Source: Chrysemys picta bellii
Lineage: Eukaryota
Length of the DNA: 64,000 bases
Assembly: GCF_011386835.1 (NCBI RefSeq)
Contig: NC_088809.1
Span: 1,116,001-1,180,000, forward strand
Reading direction: 5' to 3'
Shown here: positions 48,582 to 57,700 of the stretch, piece by piece
How positions within the stretch are numbered: the first letter of the stretch is position 1
Layout: each line of letters opens with the position of its first letter
Notes under the pieces: generated by a model
What the model saw: only the letters and a program-made list of their open reading frames with translations
What the model was told of the DNA's origin: nothing
The model's database searches: none
Program-made: the position numbers and the translations under genes

Positions 48582-50111
48582 AGTCAGCCCGGCCCGGCCC
48601 AGCCCAGCGCCCCAGGCCAGCCACGTGCCCCAGCGAGCCCAGCCCACCGCCGTCTCTCTCCACCCCCAGGGACGGGGCTGTTTTGGGCTCCCTAGCTTGG
48701 GGCTGCTTTAGCCAGGTCCCATGCCCTGGGCTGCGCCCCTTGCCCACTGCTGTCTCCCAGCCCTTCCTCCAGCGGGGTGGGAGGCCAGGCCCTGCCCGTG
48801 CTCTCGGGGGATGACAAAGGGGGGCCCAGGAGCTGGCCCAGTTGCTGAGGAAGGGAGGGCCCAGGCACTGAGCAGCAGCGCCTCCCGTCCCCCGAGCCTC
48901 GGGGTAACTAACCGGGGCTCCGCCTTCCCCGCTGAGACCTGGGGCAGGTTGCAGGTTCCAGGTTTGGAGTTTAAAAGGCTAAGCTGTGACCCAGCCGGGA
49001 GGGAGTCTCACAGCAATATGTGACCCCAGGCAGAGCAGCTTTGGTTGTGGGGCCACATGCTGAATGCTGAGGACGAACCCAAACCCTGATTGTGAGCCTC
49101 CCTTTGCTCTGGGACGTCCCTTTGGGTCGGTTCCTCACCGGTTTCTTGCTGGCACCCGCCAGGTCCCATCTAATTCCTTGCTGGGTGCTGGCAGGGCTGG
49201 CCCCAGTTCCCCACACCGGATATTCCCCTGTCGCCTTTCCCTATGGGCCACCCGTCAGCGTCTGCCCAGGGCCATGCTCCAGGCCTGCCCCCTCCGCACT
49301 CGCATTCCAGGCTTCTCTGTGGGAAATCCTACCCAATCTGGCAGCACACAGGGCAGGGTGTCCTGGGGAAGTGGCTGTCAACCTCCCAGCCTGGCAAATG
49401 GCCAGCGGCGCCAGCACATCCTCTATTCATGCCTGGAGGCTGAGAGGCTGTGCGCAGCTGCCCGCAGGCTCCTCTGTGGCGTGATGGTGTCAGCAGTGGG
49501 TTGTCTGTCCTGAACGGCGTAGGCCCGTCTGCACCTGCACGGTTCAGCATGGAACTGCCTTGGCCTTACAAGGTGTTGCGGATTGTGGGGGAGTTAGGGC
49601 CCTGCACCCCCGTCTTCCTGCGATTCACCATGACTCTCAGCCAGCCAGTAAAGCAGAAGGTTTATTTGGATGACAGGAATACAGTCCAAGACAGGTCTTG
49701 CAGGCACAGACAACAGGGCCCCCCTCAGTTAGGTCCAGCTTGGGGTCCCAGGGCATGCCAGCCCACCCCCCTTGGGGGGTCAGAGCCATCTCTGCCTCCC
49801 AGCCATCTCTCCAGCCTCCTTCCAGCCTGCTTCCAGCACTCTCTCTCCAGCGACCCCTCCCACAGCCTTTGTTCAGTTTCCCGGGCCCCGGAGTCATCTG
49901 ACCTCCAACCCCCTCCTGGGTTCTCATGTTACAAGCTCAGGTATGTTCCCTTGGGCCGGCTCCCATCCCCCGATGCAGACCATCCTAGTCACACTCCCCT
50001 GTCAGCATTCACACACCACAGTAAGAACAGTCCCAGTTCGTCACATCTCTCCCCCCTTCGAGACCGAACTGAGCGGGGTCACTTTAGCCAGTGACCTGGG
50101 GAAGTTCGAAC

Positions 50112-52871
50112 CTACCCCCGTTCCCATGGATGCCCCCGCATCCCTCCAGTTCCTTGGTGGGAGTTACACCAGGCCCCTTCCGTTCCACGCCCCCCCTTAG
50201 GTCGGGGGTGCTTGATGGCACTCGCAGTTCGCATGTGGGAAGGTTTATGCGGCCTGTGCCCTTTTCCCACCCCCATACCTCTGGGGTTCCAACTGGGCTG
50301 TGGTCTTCTCCCAGCGCTCCAGTCTGGAGGTCTGTGCTTTGGGCTCTCTTGGTTTAGAGCCGCCCTTTTAACCTTGGCCACCCTCTGGAAAGGATCCTTT
50401 ATGCTGGGCAAGGGTCCTAAAGCTGTTTTCCCCTTGTCCCAGGCCTTCCTCCCCCTCTGACAGGGGTCACAGGATCCGCAGTACTGTCGGACAGTAACAA
50501 AGACCCCAGGCCAGTAAAAGCTCCGTAGCAGCCTCTGCTGGGTACGCCAGGTTCCCTGGTGCCCTGAGAGGGGAATGTCATGGGCCCGGCACAGCAGCTG
50601 GCGGCGATACTTCTGGGGTACCACCAGCTGCCTCCTGATCCCCCCTGACTCCATTTTCCCTGGGGGAGCCCATTCTCGGTACAGGAACCCCTTCTCCCAC
50701 AGGAACCTTTTCCGGCCACCTCGTTCCAGGGTCTGTACCGCATTGAGGTCGGCCAGGTCCCTTATCTTCCGCAAGGAGGGGTCTCTCTGTAACTCGGCCT
50801 GGAACTCAGCAGCTGGGACAGGGATGGCCACCTGCTCTTTCTCGCCCGCTGGGTCCGAAGCTGCAGCCTCCCTGAGCCGCGTCCCTGGGCGTTCCCTCCC
50901 CACCAGGTTAGGGTCCTGCGCCTCAGGCAAGGCACCCCCCCCAAGGCCAGGGCGCAGGGCCCCTCGCCGGCTCTGACTGCGGGTCACAACCAGTGCCTTT
51001 TGGGGGTTGCTTGGCCAGTTCTCCAGGTCCCCCCCCATCAATATCTCAGTGGGCAAATACGGGTGTACCCCCACATCCTTGGGGCCCTCCTTGGCCCCCC
51101 ACTTCAGGTGTACCCTTGCCACGGGCACTTTGACTGGTGTTCCGCCCACCCCCGTCAGGGTCAGGTAGGAGTTGGGCACCACCTGATCTGGGGCCACCAC
51201 CTCGGGCCGGGCCAGCGTCACCTCTGCGCCCGTATCCCAGTATCCATTGACCTTCCTCCCATCCACCTCCAGGGGAACGAGGTACTCTCTCCGGAGGGAC
51301 AGCCCCGCGCCCACCGTATAAACCAAAAACCCTGAGTCTGGGGCATCCAGCCCCCTAGAGGAGCTGGCCTGGGGCCCTTCTCTCTCTTGAGCAGTTGATA
51401 AGCTGCCAGCCCCTCTTGCGTGAGAAGCCTGCCCCTCGTCCGTCTGGGCCTCTACCAAGTTAACCCTATGCGGGTTCGGTCTGCTCAGTCTGTCCTTGAG
51501 CTTGGGGCACTGGGCCCGAACGTGGCCTCTTCGGCCGCAGTAATAGCAGCTCATGTCCTGTGGGTCCCCTCGAGCCGGTCGGTTGTCCCTGATGCTGGGC
51601 ATTTCCCGGGGGAGGGGATTCCCAATATTCCCCCTTTGGGAGGTCCCAGGGTGACTCTCTCTCTGCATCGCGGCGGGCCTGTTCCTTTGGGGCTCCTCCC
51701 TGCCAGCCCCTGACCGGCTCTTTACAAACTCATCAGCCAGCTGCCCGGCGTGTCGCGGGTTCTCTGGCTTTCTGTCCACCAACCACAGCCTCAGGTCGGA
51801 TGGGCACCGCTCATACAGTTGCTCCAGTACCAGCAGTTTAATCAGGTCCTCCTTCGTCTGGGCCCCACCAGCCCACTTGCTGGCGTATCTTTCCATGCGG
51901 ACGGCTAGTTGCAGATATGAGATCTCAGGGGCTTTATCTTGACTCCGGAACCTTTCCCGGTACATCTCAGGAGTCAGCCCAAACTCACGTAGCAGGGCCT
52001 TTTTGAATAGTTCGTAGTCCCCTTTCTCTGCCTCTCCCAGTTGGCGGTACAATGCCACGGATTTGGGGTCCAGTAAGGGGGTAAGGACCCGGAGTCTGCC
52101 CGCGGGATCAACCCGGTGCAGCTCGCAGGCCGTCTCAAAGGCCTCCAGGAAGTCGTCCATGTCCTCCCCCTCCTTGTATGGGGCCATGATGCACTTATCA
52201 AAGCTCCGTGCAGTCCTGGGTCCCCCCTCACTCACCGCAGCCGGGGGTTCGCTGCCCCTCAGTCTCGCCAGTTCCAGTTCATACTGTCTTTGTCTCTCAT
52301 TCTCCTCCCGTTCACGCTGATGCTGTCTCTCTTTCTCCTCCCGTTCACGCTGATGCTGTCTCTCTTTCTCCTCCCGTTCACGCTGATGCTGTCTCTCTTT
52401 CTCCTCCCGTTCATGCTGTCTCTGTCGTTCACGATCCTCCAGCTCTCTCAGTTTTAGCTCTTTCTCCCATTCCAGCCAATTCCGCTCCACGGATGCCGAA
52501 CGTCGCCGGGAGGATCCTCTGCTGGCCGGCGGGCTTCGCCGGGGGGATCCCCTGCTGGCCGGGGGGGCCACGGCGCCCTCGGTATTTGCTGGGCTCCTCC
52601 CCACCCTTCCCCTAGGCATAGGAAGGAGGGGTCTCGGGCAGCCCTCAGCAGCCGGCTGACCACTCCCAGCTGGGACAGACACTGGTGCCTGCGCTGCATT
52701 TGCCAGGCTGCTTCCCTGAGACACAGGGATCAGTTCATTCGCGCGATCTTCCGCCTCCAGCTGGGCGATGAGCTGTTCTTTGGTGAGCCTCCCAATGCGC
52801 AGCCGCCTCTGCTTGCACAGCTCCACCAGGTCGCTCTTAAGCCGCTTGGCATACATCTTCCTGCTGGCCAC
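50112..52871 (-). CDS. 919-aa Gag (HeH-like N-terminus, coiled coil, capsid/SCAN, CCHC knuckle) + aspartic protease + integrase HHCC finger only
   Basis: SCAN-like PEMYRERFR...KWAGG...LLVLEQLYERCPSDLRLWLVDRKPENPRHAGQLADEF. Knuckle CYYCGRRGHVRAQC (51548-51507). Protease WDTGA (51236-51228). Integrase finger HDIPLSGH-x-CGSCDPC. Homology stops at PFQRVA; no DDE core, no YxDD. Confidence 0.93.
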   Translation of the reverse strand: MASRKMYAKRLKSDLVELCKQRRLRIGRLTKEQLIAQLEAEDRANELIPVSQGSSLANAAQAPVSVPAGSGQPAAEGCPRPLLPMPRGRVGRSPANTEGAVAPPASRGSPRRSPPASRGSSRRRSASVERNWLEWEKELKLRELEDRERQRQHEREEKERQHQREREEKERQHQREREEKERQHQREREENERQRQYELELARLRGSEPPAAVSEGGPRTARSFDKCIMAPYKEGEDMDDFLEAFETACELHRVDPAGRLRVLTPLLDPKSVALYRQLGEAEKGDYELFKKALLREFGLTPEMYRERFRSQDKAPEISYLQLAVRMERYASKWAGGAQTKEDLIKLLVLEQLYERCPSDLRLWLVDRKPENPRHAGQLADEFVKSRSGAGREEPQRNRPAAMQRESHPGTSQRGNIGNPLPREMPSIRDNRPARGDPQDMSCYYCGRRGHVRAQCPKLKDRLSRPNPHRVNLVEAQTDEGQASHARGAGSLSTAQEREGPQASSSRGLDAPDSGFLVYTVGAGLSLRREYLVPLEVDGRKVNGYWDTGAEVTLARPEVVAPDQVVPNSYLTLTGVGGTPVKVPVARVHLKWGAKEGPKDVGVHPYLPTEILMGGDLENWPSNPQKALVVTRSQSRRGALRPGLGGGALPEAQDPNLVGRERPGTRLREAAASDPAGEKEQVAIPVPAAEFQAELQRDPSLRKIRDLADLNAVQTLERGGRKRFLWEKGFLYREWAPPGKMESGGIRRQLVVPQKYRRQLLCRAHDIPLSGHQGTWRTQQRLLRSFYWPGVFVTVRQYCGSCDPCQRGRKAWDKGKTALGPLPSIKDPFQRVAKVKRAALNQESPKHRPPDWSAGRRPQPSWNPRGMGVGKGHRPHKPSHMRTASAIKHPRPKGGRGTEGAWCNSHQGTGGMRGHPWERG
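52290..52425 (-). repeat. 33-bp coding tandem repeat (about 4 units) in Gag
   Basis: Encodes (ERQHQREREEK)n, a charged coiled coil. Units start at 52301, 52334, 52367 and 52400 on the + strand. Confidence 0.9.
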
Positions 52872-54744
52872 TCACCGGCCTGTGTGCTCACAGCTCCCCA
52901 CAGTTCCCAGGGGGACCCCTAGTGTGCCAGCCCTTCTCGAGGTCACCACCTCTCTGCCAGGGTCGAGCTGCAGACTCCTCCGCCCCTGGGACCACTCGCT
53001 GCGATCCCCCCGGGGGACCCTGTTACTGCAAAAGTCCTTCTCGCTGGTCACACACTCCCAGGGGTAATAACCGTCTCTCTCCCACTCTTCAGCAGGCCTG
53101 GTCCCCGTCAATCCCCCTTCGTTTTACTGCTCCCCAGTCACTTACTGCAGGAAGCGCCGTCCACGGGGTGCAGTAGATCCCGCCGCTGCCACCAGTTGTT
53201 GCGGATTGTGGGGGAGTTAGGGCCCTGCACCCCCGTCTTCCTGCGATTCACCATGACTCTCAGCCAGCCAGTAAAGCAGAAGGTTTATTTGGATGACAGG
53301 AATACAGTCCAAGACAGGTCTTGCAGGCACAGACAACAGGGCCCCCCTCAGTTAGGTCCAGCTTGGGGTCCCAGGGCATGCCAGCCCACCCCCCTTGGGG
53401 GGTCAGAGCCATCTCTGCCTCCCAGCCATCTCTCCAGCCTCCTTCCAGCCTGCTTCCAGCACTCTCTCTCCAGCGACCCCTCCCACAGCCTTTGTTCAGT
53501 TTCCCGGGCCCCGGAGTCATCTGACCTCCAACCCCCTCCTGGGTTCTCATGTTACAAGCTCAGGTATGTTCCCTTGGGCCGGCTCCCATCCCCCGATGCA
53601 GACCATCCTAGTCACACTCCCCTGTCAGCATTCACACACCACAGTAAGAACAGTCCCAGTTCGTCACACAAGGGGCCACGTGACCTGCAGCTGCTGGACT
53701 GTTTGGGGAATTGAGTTCCCAGGGGGATAACTAGCAAGTGCTCCTCTTGCCAGGCTGCCAGATGGAGGGAGCAGGCCCCTCTGTGCCATCCATGGCTAGC
53801 ACCAGAGTGTGACACTGGAGTAGCCTCCCCCAGGGCCCTGTGAATTGGGACTGAACGAAACACCAGCACTAACTGTCGCCCCTGGGGGGAGGAGGGGCGC
53901 GGATAATTGTGCTGGTCTCCGTTTGCAGGGCCGGTTGGCTCGTGCTGCCCGGGTCACACGCGTGGTGGAAGTGTAGCCCGGGGACGGCCAGCTCCTTCTG
54001 TGCCCTGGTCAGTTCCTGGCTCAGGGACAGAGGGGGCTGGAAGGTGGATTCAGTGTGAATGAACCAAGCAGGCAGAGGAGCAGGGGGGGAAGGGGTCAAT
54101 GGGGCCAAGGCTCCCGGTGGAAGTGCAGGGGGGGCGCGGGGTTTCAGGCCTCTTCCTCTCATCTGTGGGGGGAGGATACTGGCCTCTCTGCGGCAGACAG
54201 GACGCAGCGCTGCCCATGTGCCGTGTGCAGGGCCCCTCATGGCACGGAGGGTCCAGCGAGTCGTGGCCCTTCCTGGTGCCCCTGCTGCTCGCCTGGCGGC
54301 TGCCCTGTGCCAGGTCCCAGCGTTGCGTTTCCTCCAGGCCTGGTCACCCGCTCAGCGAGGTTCCCGCAGTCACTGCTCCAACTGCAGCCACTCGCCTCTC
54401 CCCGCTGAGCGGGGCTCGGAGCTGGCTGGGGTCATTCCCCTCTTCTCACCTCTGAAAGGGGCTGGCTTTGGCCAGCTTCCAGCGGCAGGTGGACCCAAAC
54501 TCTGCCCCCTTCTCGCTCTGGCCCCTCCTCGGGGAGCCCCCCTGCAGCTGGCCACTTTCCGAGCCAGGGGAGAAGTCTGGGGGAGGGGCTAGCTCCCGAA
54601 GCTGGAGCAGGTGAATATTTAACCGGGGAGCTGGCGCTTGTTTTGCTTGGGCAGCTCTAGGCTGGTCGGGGGTGGTTCTGGCTGGAGAAGGGGGCGGTTG
54701 GGCAGCCGAAGAGCTGCCGATTTCACCCTGCAGAGAGCTGTGGG

Positions 54745-57700
54745 ATGGAGCCGGAGCTGGAGCAGGGGCAGGAGGCCAAGGCGCGACATCTATCTGCGCA
54801 GTAAGCCCGAGAGTCGCAGGAGCTAGTGGGGAGGCCATGCCATCTCTCTGGGGCCACCGAGGGACTAAGGGTGGCTTGGGCACCCAGTCCCGGCAGGGGG
54901 AAAGGACCACAGGTCCCTTCAGCCTAGGGGGGCCCTGGAGTCTCCCATCCCTTCACACCAGGTGCAGGGTTCCGTTCCCTCTGGCGGTGGAAGGGTTAAC
55001 TGCATACCTGAGCAGCTGGTCTGGCACATCAGGGCTCAGCTTGGGAAGCGCCAATGCGGCTGCATGGCCCGGTGAGACAGGCCCCGGCCGGCTCCCCCAG
55101 GGGCGGCTCTCGGGGCCGCCAGAGTCCCTGCTCCCCACACGGCTTGTTTTCCAGGAGCCCAGCAGGCGACCGGGAGGATCCCACGGACAGGAAGGAAACA
55201 CGTCTCCGGGTGGTGCTCAGGTGAGGGGGCAGGGACGGGCGGCTGATGGGTGCCAGGTTTCGGGCCGGGCACCTGGGAGCAGGAGGGTGCCCGCATGGTG
55301 ACTGATGCCTTTCCCTTTGGCTAGGGTTCGGCCCCTGACCTGCCCGGAGCGCCGCGGAGGGGACCAGCGTGTGGTGCACTGCCTCGGGGACAACACCGTC
55401 TACGTGAGTGCCCCACGCTGGAGAGGCCACAGCTGGGCGCCGGCCTGAGTGGGCCTGATCCTGAGCCAGCTCTTTTCTCCCCGTGCCAGGTGAAGGCGGC
55501 CGGGCAGGAGGCGGCCTTCAGGTTAAGTGCAGTGTTCGATGCAGGCGCGTCCCAGGAAGGGGTGTTTGAAGGCAGCGGGATGAAGCGACTCATAGAACTG
55601 GCAGCGAATGGGTGAGGCTGAGGCAACCCTGAGTGGAGAGTGTGTGCTCCCCCTCCCCCATCCCCTCCCCCTCCCCCCACTCCCATCCGTAACTCCCAGC
55701 CAGCCACGCACGCGCTCCCCCTCCATCTGCCCCCCATAGCCCCCCGCCAGCCACGCACGCGCTCCCCTCCCCCTGCCCCCCATAGCCCCCAGCCAGCCAC
55801 GCACGCGCTCCCCCTCCACCTGCCCCCCATAGCGCCCAGCCAGCCACGCACGCGCTCCCCCTCCACCTGCCCCCCATAGCCCCCAGCCAGCCACGCACGC
55901 GCTCCCCCTCCACCTGCCCCCCATAGCCTCCCGCCAGCCACGCACGCGCTCCCCCTCCACCTGCCCCCCATAGCCCCCAGCCAGCCATGCACGCGCTCCC
56001 CCTCCACCTGCCCCCCATAGCCCCCAGCCAGCCATGCACGCGCTCCCCCTCCACCTGCCTCCCCCCATAGCCCCCCGCCAGCCATGCACGTGCTCCCCCT
56101 GCCTGCTCCCCCCCACTGTGGCCTCCTTCCCAGCAGCCATCTGCAGCTTTCTACCTACACACGCCTCTACAGACTCACCCCCAGGCACAAGCATCCAGCA
56201 GCACCCACCCACTCCCTCCCCAGCAACATCCTCCTCACACCAGCGCGTGCCCGCAGCCGTGCGCCCCTTCACCTCCGCGCTCTCAGGCACCATCTTATGC
56301 CAGTGCGGAACCGCTGGGTCACGGGCCACCAGCCGTTCCTACCACAGGGCACGTCTGCATTACCTGGCTCCGCCACGAGAGGGCGCTTTGCACCCGCCAA
56401 GGAAGGGGGCAGGTGCTCAGCGGCTCTTCTGCCCCCTCCCCAGGTTCTCCTGCACCGCCTTTGCCTTTGGACAAACAGGCTCTGGAAAGACCTACACGTT
56501 AATGGGCCCCTTAGCCCAGGTGAGAGACCCTCCTGGGGGCAACCTACACCGTGTGAGCCGATACCCCAACCAGCGCCTTACTGCGCCTCCCGGATCACGA
56601 GCCCCGGCCTCCCCCAGCAGGGGGCGCTGTGGGGAGCAGGGCAGGGTGCTAGCTGTGGGGGGAGCTCACAGTTACCCCAGCCCCGGCCTCTCCCAGCAGG
56701 GGGCGCTGTGGGGAGCGGGGCGCTGGCTGTGGGGGGAGCTCACAGTTACCCCAGCCCCGGCCTCCCCCAGCAGGGGGCGCTGTGGGGAGCGGGGCGCTGG
56801 CTGTGGGGGGAGCTCACAGTTACCCCAGCCCCGGCCTCTCCCAGCAGGGGGCGCTGTGGGGAGCGGGGCAGGGCGCTGGCTGTGCAGGGGAGTTCCCAGT
56901 TGCCCCAGCCTCTCCCAGCAGGGGGCGCTGTGGGGGGCAGGGCAGGGTGCTAGCTGTGGGGGGGAGCTCCCAGTTACCCCAGCCCCAGCCTCTCCCAGCA
57001 GGGGGCGCTGTGGGGAGCAGGGCAGGGTGCTAGCTGTGGGGGGAGCTCACAGTTACCCCAGCCCCGGCCTCTCCCAGCAGGGGGCGCTGTGGGGAGCAGG
57101 GCAGGGTGCTAGCTGTGGGGGGGAGCTCCCAGTTACCCCAGCCCCAGCCTCTCCCAGCAGGGGGCGCTGTGGGGAGCGGGGCACTGGCTGTGGGGGGGAG
57201 CTCCCAGTTACCCCAGCCCCGGCCTCCCCCAGCAGGGGGCGCTGTGGGGAGCGGGGCAGGGCGATGGCTGTGCAGGGGAGTTCCCAGTTACCCCAGCCCC
57301 AGCCTCTCCCAGCAGGGGGCGCTGTGGGGGGCAGGGCAGGGTGCTAGCTGTGGGGGGGAGCTCCCAGTTACCCCAGCCCCGGCCTCTCCCAGCAGGGGGC
57401 GCTGTGGGGAGCAGGGCAGGGTGCTAGCTGTGGGGGGGAGCTCCCAGTTACCTCAGGCCCGGCCTCTCCCAGCAGGGGGCGCTGTGGGGGGCAGGGTGCT
57501 GGCTGGGGCTGGTTCTCAGTTTCCTGCTGCAGGGGGTGGAAGCTCAGGGCACCCTGCCATTGGCTTTCCGAGACTTCTCCTCTCTCTGCAGAGCGAGGGC
57601 CAGCCGGCGACTCCCTACCTCGGGGGGCTGATGCAAAGGGCCTTTGTGTGTCTCCTGGAGCAGACGCAGCACTACAGACCCGGCCTCGTGCTCAGTGCCT

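Larger units (their letters stand above)
49574..53668 (-). mobile_element. Young, internally deleted Gmr1-like Ty3/Gypsy LTR retrotransposon
   Basis: LTRs 49574-50045 and 53197-53668 (472 bp each, TG...CA, no difference seen by eye). TSD CAAGG at 49569-49573 and 53669-53673. PBS TGGTGGCAGCGGCGGGAT (53194-53177) matches the tRNA-Leu 3' end at 17/18. PPT AAGGGGGGAGAGA at 50058-50046. Confidence 0.96.

Noticed and set aside
49450-50094. 214-aa and 172-aa + strand ORFs repeated at 49450 and 53196
   Set aside because: They are antisense translations of the two LTR copies with no recognisable domain. They are useful only as support that the LTRs match.
50112-52871. Domesticated Gag/SCAN host gene (PNMA/ARC/ZSCAN-like)
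   Set aside because: It is flanked by apparently identical LTRs, a TSD, PBS and PPT, which indicates a recent insertion. No C2H2 zinc-finger exon follows.
55523-57347. Long ORFs (254-437 aa) across KIF12 introns 4-5
   Set aside because: They are translations of GC-rich minisatellites lacking stop codons, with repetitive low-complexity peptides.
48100-57500. Regularly spaced repeats as CRISPR-like arrays
   Set aside because: The spacers are near-identical rather than unique, there are no cas genes, and the context is eukaryotic and intron-rich.
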